IMG/VR virus record: IMGVR_UViG_3300045988_138131
Strand: one strand, 5' to 3'
Source of the DNA: a virus
Length of the DNA stretch: 31,133 bases
Shown: positions 1-6,603 of the stretch, piece by piece
How the letters are laid out: each line of letters starts with the position of its first letter
Numbering within the stretch: position 1 is the stretch's first letter
Notes under the pieces: model-generated
Database searches by the model: none
Told to the model about the DNA's origin: nothing
Seen by the model: only the letters and a program-made list of their open reading frames with translations
Translations under genes and position numbers: made by a program

Positions 1-85
1 ATTTTTTTTTTTTATAAAAGCTTTCATTTAACCACCTCAACACTTAATATTTTTAAAACATAATATAGTTGACCTGGTATTGCTC
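1..85. repeat. Terminal overlap, copy 1 (identical to 31049-31133)
   Basis: Read directly: a + 12 t + ataaaagctttcatttaaccacctcaacac...ggtattgctc occurs at both ends. ORFs run through the junction. Confidence 0.95.
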
Positions 86-320
86 CCCAAGCAGGGTTAC
101 CATAATCTTTTTTTATTACACAACCAACTTTTAGAGTAGGACTATTTTTTGAGTAACCATTTCTTAAAAGAATATAATAACCATAACCTGTACTTTCACA
201 AAAATTTACTTTTTTATTTAAGCGACTATCATAATATGGTTTTATTTCTCGATATTCTTCTTTTTTTTCTCCACTAAGTATCATGTCAAACCATTTCTTT
301 TTTATTGGTAATACAAGCAT
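24..320 (-). CDS. ASCH-domain protein
   Basis: LPIKKKWFDMILSGEKKEEYREIKPYY matches the ASCH N-terminal signature. Start placed at ATG 320 behind GAGGTG; the ORF-track start at 365 has no RBS. Confidence 0.6.
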   Translation of the reverse strand: MLVLPIKKKWFDMILSGEKKEEYREIKPYYDSRLNKKVNFCESTGYGYYILLRNGYSKNSPTLKVGCVIKKDYGNPAWGAIPGQLYYVLKILSVEVVK

Positions 321-502
321 TTCTAGCACCTCATTTCCTATATATTGAATTTTACAAAATGACATAATTCTGTTAAATTCACTAGCTACCCTACAAAAGA
401 GTAGTTTTATCTAGATTTTATAAGCATTTTCCCGACATCAGGAAAGTGCTATTTTTTATATCAATTTACATATTTTCATTATGTAAAATTGATATTTGTT
501 TT

Positions 503-811
503 TTAAAAATACATACCGTTTTTAGTTCTACTAATACTACCAGCGTCTATAGTAGCCAAAGCTTCAAACATTTTGTCAGAGTCTTGTCCTAAATCAATAC
601 CAATAGTAATATTGTCAAGTGTTCCGACAATTACACACTCTTTAGTAATAACATTTTCACAATATATATATTTATCTTTTATATAAAATTTTAAATAGCC
701 TAACTTAACTTGTTCTTGTATACTTACGACATCACAATTTTGTTTTCTATAGTTTTTATAATATTTTCTATGTTCTTCTGGAGTAACTAATTTTAAGTTA
801 TCTAAATTCAT
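503..811 (-). CDS. Hypothetical early protein
   Basis: 102-aa ORF in the tight - strand operon, with an ATGA overlap to the upstream gene. No recognisable domain. Confidence 0.5.
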   Translation of the reverse strand: MNLDNLKLVTPEEHRKYYKNYRKQNCDVVSIQEQVKLGYLKFYIKDKYIYCENVITKECVIVGTLDNITIGIDLGQDSDKMFEALATIDAGSISRTKNGMYF

Positions 812-1188
812 ATTTTTTTTACGTCCTCTGGTAATTTATATATCAAATTATAATTGTTTCCAATAGGTGTAATATTGAATTTACTATCTGATACAATAAA
901 CTTTTCGCCGTTTAAATTATCAAAATAGTTTTTTGCGGCTTCTACATCTTCTAGTCTCATATTACCTTTAGGCGTAAGTAACATTTTTGATTTACTAAAT
1001 AGGTTAATTATTTCTTTTAAAACGTCCTCTGTTTTTTTAGGATCTTCATAAGTTGCTATTGATACACCATTAGGCGCATAATAAGGTCGTATAAATATCT
1101 CATGTATACTGTCGTTTGGTATAAATATACAACATTGTGAAAAGTCCCATATTGATTTTTTATCTTGACTTATAATAATTAAATTCAT
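808..1188 (-). CDS. Hypothetical early protein
   Basis: Start moved to ATG 1188 behind AGGAGG, 3 nt after the recombinase stop. The ORF-track start at 1248 would overlap the recombinase by 58 nt. Confidence 0.55.
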   Translation of the reverse strand: MNLIIISQDKKSIWDFSQCCIFIPNDSIHEIFIRPYYAPNGVSIATYEDPKKTEDVLKEIINLFSKSKMLLTPKGNMRLEDVEAAKNYFDNLNGEKFIVSDSKFNITPIGNNYNLIYKLPEDVKKI

Positions 1189-1190
1189 TT

Positions 1191-1820
1191 TTAACCTCCT
1201 AAATAAAAGTTTTTTCGCTTGATGTTTTTGTCGTCTTCTTCCCAACATATATACCTTAATGTTACTGTTTCGCTAGAGTGATTTAACATTTCTTTTAAAC
1301 CAATTAAATCTCCAGTCTGTTCGTAATACTCTCTAGCAAAATACTTACGTAAGGAGTGGCAGCCTACAACATAAGACACTTTAACTTCGTCTGATAATTC
1401 TTTAATAATCTGCCAAGCTCTTTGACGCGTAATAGGTATATTAGTACCTTTACGACTTTTAAATAAATATTCTCCTTCAACAAGCTTATTTCTATTTATA
1501 TAATCTTCTAAATCTTTTCTTAATGAAGGGTGGAGTTCAAAAGCTTGCTCCTTACCAGTTTTGAACTCTCTTGTATAAATACCTCCATTTTTAAAATTAT
1601 CAGTTTTCAACTGTAATAGATCTTCTATACGAAAAGCTAGATTTCTACCTAGGTGTAGTATCATATAGTTACGATCCCATAAATAAACTTGTTCTTTGTT
1701 TTCTTCTTCTTCGGCTGCGTTTTTATTTTTTTTACAAATTACGATCATACTATTTAGGTCTTGCTTTTTGAAAGGTCTAACAGTTTTACGACCGAACTTG
1801 TTTCTAAACACTCTAGGCAT
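1191..1820 (-). CDS. Minimal tyrosine recombinase (catalytic domain only, 209 aa)
   Basis: AFRIEDLLQLK (Arg I), HSLRKYFA (HxxR) and NHSSETVTLRYI (His plus Tyr nucleophile) are present. No N-terminal core-binding domain. Confidence 0.75.
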   Translation of the reverse strand: MPRVFRNKFGRKTVRPFKKQDLNSMIVICKKNKNAAEEEENKEQVYLWDRNYMILHLGRNLAFRIEDLLQLKTDNFKNGGIYTREFKTGKEQAFELHPSLRKDLEDYINRNKLVEGEYLFKSRKGTNIPITRQRAWQIIKELSDEVKVSYVVGCHSLRKYFAREYYEQTGDLIGLKEMLNHSSETVTLRYICWEEDDKNIKRKNFYLGG

Positions 1821-1831
1821 AACATCACTCC

Positions 1832-2173
1832 TTATTTTTTATTTACTAAGCTTTCGGAGTTCTTTTCTAATTGAATAATAGTTTTTTCTATATCTTTTAA
1901 AGCCATATATCTACCAGCTTGTAAACTAGCTTCGTCTGTAATTTCTTTTACTTTAATAGGTACAGTTTTAAGAATATCTTGTTGTTGTTTTACATAATCT
2001 TTAGTAGACTGATTTATATATATAAGTTTTAATTCTCTTTGGTTATGTAGTTCTATACCTTTTTTATAATCTTCTATAATATCGTCTTTAGCAGTTAAAA
2101 CTTGATTAAAGGCAAGATAACATAAACCAGAGCCTAATATTAAACCTAATAATAAACAAATAATACTACTCAT
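1832..2173 (-). CDS. Membrane-anchored hypothetical protein
   Basis: N-terminal TM segment IICLLLGLILGSGLCYLAF followed by a helical region. Start placed at ATG 2173 behind GAGGGGG. Confidence 0.5.
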   Translation of the reverse strand: MSSIICLLLGLILGSGLCYLAFNQVLTAKDDIIEDYKKGIELHNQRELKLIYINQSTKDYVKQQQDILKTVPIKVKEITDEASLQAGRYMALKDIEKTIIQLEKNSESLVNKK

Positions 2174-2528
2174 AATATTCCCCCTCAATTTCTCCAGTTG
2201 TTGGATCTACATTGTCATAATAAAATTGTTCATACCAAGATGTAGACTCTTGACAAGTAGTAAATAGTTCATAAGTTTCCTCGTAAGCCATTTTCATACG
2301 AGCGTACTCTTGAGATAACTTGTCATATTCTGCTTGAAGTTTTATATTTTCTTCTTTTTGCTCTGTAGCAACTTCTGTAATGTCATTAGTCATTACTGTA
2401 CATATAGCACCCCAGAATAGGGAAACACATAAGAACATAAATAACATAATCATTACTAAAGCTTTAAATTCATTTGTTAGCGTATAATCAATGATGTCTT
2501 TTATTGTGTTTTTGATTTTAGTTTTCAT
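2166..2528 (-). CDS. Membrane protein, hypothetical
   Basis: TM segment ALVMIMLFMFLCVSLFWGAICTV. 4-nt overlap with the upstream gene. Confidence 0.5.
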   Translation of the reverse strand: MKTKIKNTIKDIIDYTLTNEFKALVMIMLFMFLCVSLFWGAICTVMTNDITEVATEQKEENIKLQAEYDKLSQEYARMKMAYEETYELFTTCQESTSWYEQFYYDNVDPTTGEIEGEYYE

Positions 2529-3070
2529 TTCTTTTTTTCCTTTCTTTTTTTATGTTCCCATTTAAACGGCTCTAATACTTCGTCAAAATAATCGTCTTCC
2601 CACATAAGATTAAACATAGGGCTTTCCACCTTATTATTGCAGTAGTCGGAAACGGTCTGATAAGAAATGTATAATTCTTTAGCGGCTTTTCTACTTGAAG
2701 GCCAGTCTCTTATAATCTCGCCGTTTTTAACTTCTACAACTCGTTTAGATTTTGATATATAGCCAGTTCGTTTACCAAGCTCTTTTAAAGATACAACTTC
2801 TAAATTTTTATAGTAATTATCAAATTCTATTTTATTTTTATGATAGACTCTATCATTAGAAGCTAATTGCTTAATAAAAGCATTAGCAACTAATCGAGCA
2901 CAGTTAAAATCTTTATCTTTAATCTTTACTAAAAATAGATTATGTTTTCTAAAAGGTTTTAAATATCTATAACCATTTTTAGGGTTTTTCTTTCTAAATC
3001 GTCCATAGCTTGATACTTGATAACGAGTATCGTATTCTATTGGCTTCCATAATTCATTAGCACTTATCAT
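2525..3070 (-). CDS. HNH homing endonuclease (NUMOD4-like N-terminus, HNH_3-like core, C-terminal HTH)
   Basis: WKPIEYDTRYQVSSYGRFRKKN (NUMOD4-like), VYHKNKIEFDNYYKNLEVVS (HNH_3-like), WPSSRKAAKELYISYQTVSDYCNNK (NUMOD1/HTH-like). Confidence 0.7.
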   Translation of the reverse strand: MISANELWKPIEYDTRYQVSSYGRFRKKNPKNGYRYLKPFRKHNLFLVKIKDKDFNCARLVANAFIKQLASNDRVYHKNKIEFDNYYKNLEVVSLKELGKRTGYISKSKRVVEVKNGEIIRDWPSSRKAAKELYISYQTVSDYCNNKVESPMFNLMWEDDYFDEVLEPFKWEHKKRKEKKK

Positions 3071-3311
3071 ATTCTGCTAAAATAATATCTTCAAATTTTT
3101 TGCGGCACTCAACATTAAGAGGGTGCGCTATATCTGCGTAAGATCCGTCTGGCATTTTTTGACTAGGCATAGCTAGGAATAGACGGTCGTCTCCTTTAAT
3201 AATTTTTATATCTTTGATAATAAATTCTTTATCAACAACTACAGAAGCAGCTCCAACTAAACGAGAGTTTTCTTCATTTATTTTTTTAACTTTAACGCTA
3301 GTTATTTCCAT
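3057..3311 (-). CDS. spoVG: SpoVG-family protein
   Basis: MEITSVKVKKIN...LFLAMPSQKMPDGSYADIAHPLNVECRKK aligns along its whole length with Bacillus SpoVG (MEVTDVRLRRVN...[29 protein letters not shown]). Confidence 0.85.
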   Translation of the reverse strand: MEITSVKVKKINEENSRLVGAASVVVDKEFIIKDIKIIKGDDRLFLAMPSQKMPDGSYADIAHPLNVECRKKFEDIILAEYDKC

Positions 3312-3573
3312 TTTCTGCTACCTCCTTAGTTTGACATTGAAGCTTATAACCTTCAAGCTCCCAAATTTTATTAACTAGCTTGTCCATACATATTTCTTCT
3401 CCAATTTTCATATCGAAGTTTGCAGGATCTACACAGCTAGAACTTTCAACAATTACAAAGTCATTAGGCAACGTAGCTTTTAAAACTGTTGTTTTATCTC
3501 CGTATTGTTCAACTTTAATTAGTGTATCTTTTAAAATGTTATCTATATCTTGTTTTGTTATAGTATTTTTCAT
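3298..3573 (-). CDS. Gp49-like phage protein (N4 gp49 / Sf6 gp66 family)
   Basis: Size and motifs fit: TTVLKATLPNDFVIVESSSCVDPANFDMKIGEEIC...WELEGYKL. Confidence 0.55.
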   Translation of the reverse strand: MKNTITKQDIDNILKDTLIKVEQYGDKTTVLKATLPNDFVIVESSSCVDPANFDMKIGEEICMDKLVNKIWELEGYKLQCQTKEVAENGNN

Positions 3574-3593
3574 AATAATTATTCCTCCATTTT

Positions 3594-4301
3594 CTAATCT
3601 ATATCATTATCTTCATTTAACCAGTCATAGTCGATAAGCTCTATATCTGGATCCTTCCCCCTGGACTTTAAGTCCTCAATAAGTTGTTCCCGATAATCTT
3701 CGTGTCTTTTATTCCACTCGTCGAAAGTTTCGTTTCGGTGGTTTAATCTAAACTCCGTAGACTCCTTATTAGGACATATCTGTTTTTTCATGCAGTAGAA
3801 ACATGACTCCGATTTATAATCACTTCCTAAATGACAATAAAATTCTTTTGCGCGTGCGCTTTTATCACACACACTTTTTTTATTTTTAATATCAATATCA
3901 TTATCAATATCTATATCAATATCATTTTCAATATCAATGTCATTATCAATAGGGTTGTTTTCATAACCGTTCGGTTGTTCTAGGTTGTTTTCATAACCGT
4001 TCGGTTGTTTTTTAGCGGCGTTTTTATTTCCTTTTGGAGCACCGCCTTTTTGTCCATTTCTTTTATTTGTTTTACATTTTTCAATGTAGTTTTTTTTCTC
4101 AATGTCAATAGTTGCTTTCATAAAAGAAAAGGCCATATTGATAACTCTGTCATTATCAGAGTATTGAGGTAAAACACCATTTATTACGTAGTTATTTACG
4201 TCTCTTATAAGTCGCCCCAATTCAGAGTCAGTAAGTAGTTTAAAATGCTCATCATATTTTGCGTGCATTATATAATTGTCTTTTTCTTTAACGGCTTCCA
4301 T
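3594..4301 (-). CDS. Putative replication/origin-associated protein with internal tandem repeats
   Basis: The helical N-terminus followed by the basic KRNGQKGGAPKGNKNAAKK segment resembles firmicute phage replisome-organiser-like proteins (uncertain). It contains the QPNGYENN x2 and DIDI repeats, and the C-terminus is Cys-rich. Confidence 0.4.
   Translation of the reverse strand: MEAVKEKDNYIMHAKYDEHFKLLTDSELGRLIRDVNNYVINGVLPQYSDNDRVINMAFSFMKATIDIEKKNYIEKCKTNKRNGQKGGAPKGNKNAAKKQPNGYENNLEQPNGYENNPIDNDIDIENDIDIDIDNDIDIKNKKSVCDKSARAKEFYCHLGSDYKSESCFYCMKKQICPNKESTEFRLNHRNETFDEWNKRHEDYREQLIEDLKSRGKDPDIELIDYDWLNEDNDID
3953..4009. repeat. Two perfect 27-bp direct repeats (period 30 bp) inside the 235-aa ORF
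   Basis: ggttgttttcataaccgttcggttgtt occurs at 3953-3979 and 3983-4009. It is flanked at 3888-3950 by 6/12-bp periodic atatca(a/t)t repeats. Confidence 0.9.
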
Positions 4302-4325
4302 GTTTTACCTCCAATCGTCCATTTT

Positions 4326-4355
4326 TTGACTTTTACCCCCAAATTATGGTACAAT
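4326..4355 (+). promoter_or_regulatory. Candidate sigma-A promoter facing against the early operon
   Basis: TTGACT (4326-4331), 18-nt spacer, TACAAT (4350-4355). No + strand ORF lies downstream. Confidence 0.3.
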
Positions 4356-4388
4356 TAGAGAGTAAATTATAAGAAAGTTTACAACTTG

Positions 4389-4430
4389 ATTTATGAGTTC
4401 TAGTACAATTCATAAATCTTTTTTTATTTT
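4389..4430 (+). terminator. Intrinsic terminator oriented for the + strand
   Basis: atttatgagtt (4389-4399) pairs with aattcataaat (4407-4417): 11 bp with one G-U and a 7-nt loop. It is followed by ctttttttatttt. Confidence 0.55.
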
Positions 4431-4446
4431 CTTTAACATACATAAT

Positions 4447-4644
4447 TTATTTACCTAAAGAGTATTGTCTAATATCGTAATAAGTACAAGTATAGCCGTA
4501 TTCCTTATCACATTGCTTAGCCAAATCTTCAAAGTCATTAACTCCTTTCTTTACTAATAAAGCAAGTATTATAAATACACTTATTGTGCATAATATATTT
4601 AGGGTTACTTTTACCCATTTTTTAAGTCTGTATTTCTTTTTCAT
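4447..4644 (-). CDS. Small membrane protein
   Basis: TM segment VTLNILCTISVFIILALLV. AAGGAGA RBS upstream. Confidence 0.55.
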   Translation of the reverse strand: MKKKYRLKKWVKVTLNILCTISVFIILALLVKKGVNDFEDLAKQCDKEYGYTCTYYDIRQYSLGK

Positions 4645-4680
4645 AATTGTTTCTCCTTTGTTTTTTTTAAAATTGATTTA

Positions 4681-4923
4681 CTAGATAAATTCATTTATTG
4701 GATCTTGTTTTAAGAGTTTTAATTGTTTTTCTGTATAAAACCATTTAGAAGTATCAACGCCGCGCTTTTCAGCTTTTCTAGCTATATCATTTACGACGTC
4801 ATATATCTTGATTAAATGATTTCTTTTTTCTTCTACTGTTGGAATATTCTCTATACATATCTCAATTTCTGTTTGACCTAGTGTTAAGTTTTTTATTGTG
4901 TGATAGCTTTCGTTTTTTTCCAT
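4681..4923 (-). CDS. Hypothetical early protein
   Basis: 80-aa ORF, GAGGTG RBS, second gene of the leftward early operon. Confidence 0.55.
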   Translation of the reverse strand: MEKNESYHTIKNLTLGQTEIEICIENIPTVEEKRNHLIKIYDVVNDIARKAEKRGVDTSKWFYTEKQLKLLKQDPINEFI

Positions 4924-4947
4924 TTCAACACCTCATTAAATTTTATG

Positions 4948-5178
4948 TTAGTTAGTGTCTGATGTTTCGGTTGTTGATTTCTTAATTGGTAAAATTATTA
5001 AACTAGGCTCTATATTTAAAGCTATAATAATATCTTCCAATTTATCTGCGTCTAATCGACTTTTTCCATTAAGGATCATACTTAAAGTGTTTTCTGGTAT
5101 TCCACTTTTTTCAGCTACATAAGACTGTTTAATACCATTTTCCTTAATGTAATTTGCTAGCCTTTCATAAACTTTCAT
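4948..5178 (-). CDS. XRE-family HTH protein (Cro-like, first early gene)
   Basis: IKQSYVAEKSGIPENTLSMILNGKS is a classic HTH_3 motif. GGAGGTG RBS. Divergent from the CI-like gene. Confidence 0.8.
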   Translation of the reverse strand: MKVYERLANYIKENGIKQSYVAEKSGIPENTLSMILNGKSRLDADKLEDIIIALNIEPSLIILPIKKSTTETSDTN

Positions 5179-5204
5179 ATCGCACCTCCAATTCTTATGA
5201 ATAC

Positions 5205-5291
5205 TTCAAGTATCTTGAATTTATTTTCATTATTCCATAATTCTTGAAGAAAGTCAATACATTTTTTGAATAAAAATTCAAGTTTCTTGAA
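5205..5291. promoter_or_regulatory. Operator set of the lysis/lysogeny switch
   Basis: 15-bp palindromes TTCAAG-N3-CTTGAA at 5205-5219 and 5277-5291. Related sites are ttcttgaagaa (5241-5251) and ttgaa-N6-ttcaa (5266-5281). Confidence 0.6.
5229..5257 (-). promoter_or_regulatory. Leftward early promoter
   Basis: On the - strand: TTGACT (5252-5257), 17 nt, AATAAT (5229-5234) with TG upstream. It overlaps the central operator-like site. Confidence 0.45.
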
Positions 5292-5299
5292 TTTCTGTA

Positions 5300-5328
5300 T
5301 TTACTTGACGTTTTTAAAATGTTATAAT
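5300..5328 (+). promoter_or_regulatory. Rightward (repressor) promoter with extended -10
   Basis: TTTACT (5300-5305), 17 nt, TGtTATAAT (5320-5328). Confidence 0.45.
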
Positions 5329-5354
5329 CTAATTAAAGAGAGGTGGTAAGAACT

Positions 5355-5723
5355 ATGTCATTAGGAGAAAATATTAGAAATGCACGTATAAATAAAAAAT
5401 TAAGCCAACAGCAATTAGCTGAATTGATAAGTACAGACGAAGCGAAATTTGGCAATACGGCTATCTCAAACTGGGAAAAAGGAACAAGTAAGCCAGACGC
5501 CGATACTCTCTGTTTATTATGTGGTGCACTTGATGTTGACGCTAATTATTTATTAGGGTGGGACGAAAGAAAAGCTACAAATAATATTAAAGATAAATTA
5601 AAGGAAACATTAAAAGAAAATGACTTTTTTGAGAACGAAGATTTATCAGAGGAAAATTTTAATAAACTTATGAAGTTTATAGAAAAAAACAAAGAATTTA
5701 TAATAGATAAAGAAGATAAATAA
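5355..5723 (+). CDS. XRE-family HTH repressor (CI-like, no S24 peptidase domain)
   Basis: LSQQQLAELISTDEAKFGNTAISNWEKGTSKP is an HTH_3 motif. Start placed at ATG 5355 behind AGAGGTGG; the track start at 5343 is GTG inside the RBS. Confidence 0.75.
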   Translation: MSLGENIRNARINKKLSQQQLAELISTDEAKFGNTAISNWEKGTSKPDADTLCLLCGALDVDANYLLGWDERKATNNIKDKLKETLKENDFFENEDLSEENFNKLMKFIEKNKEFIIDKEDK

Positions 5724-5726
5724 AAA

Positions 5727-5750
5727 GAGTATATCTTATTTGATATACTC
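5727..5750. terminator. Perfect 9-bp hairpin between convergent genes
   Basis: gagtatatc-ttattt-gatatactc. The T-run follows on the - strand (tttttattt) and an A-run precedes on +. Confidence 0.5.
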
Positions 5751-5828
5751 AAGTAGTTTAATAAATAAACTGATGTTAATATGATCATTAAGTAGTTTTT
5801 CATATAACACATCATATTTAGTTTTCAT
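5736..5828 (-). CDS. Unannotated 30-aa micro-ORF (MKTKYDVLYEKLLNDHINISLFIKLLEYIK)
   Basis: ATG at 5828 is preceded by AAGGAGGGGG. The stop lies in the loop of the 5727-5750 hairpin, which has a T-run on this strand. Absent from the ORF track (too short). Confidence 0.3.
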   Translation of the reverse strand: MKTKYDVLYEKLLNDHINISLFIKLLEYIK

Positions 5829-5967
5829 ACTAACCCCCTCCTTAGGGGTATATTATAAATTTTAATACACCATTTTACCATTTTTTGCCGTTAAATGTGC
5901 TAACTATTGCTTGAAATGTATGTTTTCTTGTTTGAATGGTAAATATTGGAGAAAGGAAAGATTAAAT

Positions 5968-6450
5968 ATGTTTAATTTATTCAAAAAAAGAACATTTCAA
6001 ACAAAAAAGGTTGATATGCAACTAATAAACGTTAAACGTAATAAAAATATATTTAATTGTTTTAAGGGAAAATTTGTAAGTATTGAAGTAGACGAAAAAA
6101 ATAATAGTTATTATTTTAATGCTTATGACAACGAAAATAATAGATATATTAGAATTTCTAATAAAATTGATTTAAAATATTATAATTTATGTAACAATTA
6201 TGATTATGGGCTTATATATAGCTATGATAACGATAGTTATACTATAGCTATTATATGTAAAAAAGGTTATTTAAAAGCATTTGATATAAGTTTAAATCAA
6301 GAACTAGAAAACGGAACATCATTTATTATTAACAATAACGATTTAATAGATAACAATAAAATTGTAGGTACAATTAAGAGAGCTACAAAAGAAACAATAT
6401 CATTGAATTGTTTAGATCATAATAAACTAATTTGTTTTATTGAAAAGTAA
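5968..6450 (+). CDS. Hypothetical lysogeny-module (moron) protein, 160 aa
   Basis: Sits between repressor and integrase on the lysogenic strand. Start placed at ATG 5968 behind GGAGAAAGGAAAG. Very N/K/I/Y-rich with no recognisable domain. Confidence 0.55.
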   Translation: MFNLFKKRTFQTKKVDMQLINVKRNKNIFNCFKGKFVSIEVDEKNNSYYFNAYDNENNRYIRISNKIDLKYYNLCNNYDYGLIYSYDNDSYTIAIICKKGYLKAFDISLNQELENGTSFIINNNDLIDNNKIVGTIKRATKETISLNCLDHNKLICFIEK

Positions 6451-6539
6451 AAAAGACGCCTCGCGCGCGAACACGAAGCGTTGAAATGAAAAACCCTAAA
6501 AGCTATCACACTTAAAACAAAAATAGAAGAAACAACCAA

Positions 6540-6573
6540 CTATAATTGTATAGGTTTTTCTATACGATTATAG
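6540..6573. promoter_or_regulatory. Dyad-symmetric element upstream of int (candidate attP core)
   Basis: ctataattgtatag (6540-6553), gttttt, ctatacgattatag (6560-6573). The arms are inverted copies with one mismatch. Confidence 0.35.
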
Positions 6574-6603
6574 CATAAAATTATAAAGAAAGAAAGTGCT
6601 ATA

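Noticed and set aside
5305-5328. TTGACG (5305-5310) as the -35 box of the repressor promoter
   Set aside because: It is only 12 nt from the TATAAT box. The TTTACT hexamer at 17-nt spacing, together with the extended TG -10, is geometrically plausible instead.
5546-5815. 89-aa - strand ORF overlapping the repressor gene
   Set aside because: It lies antisense within the CI-like gene, has no RBS and has a low-complexity hydrophobic translation. A different-frame 30-aa ORF with a strong SD (5736-5828) is the more credible reading of this strand.
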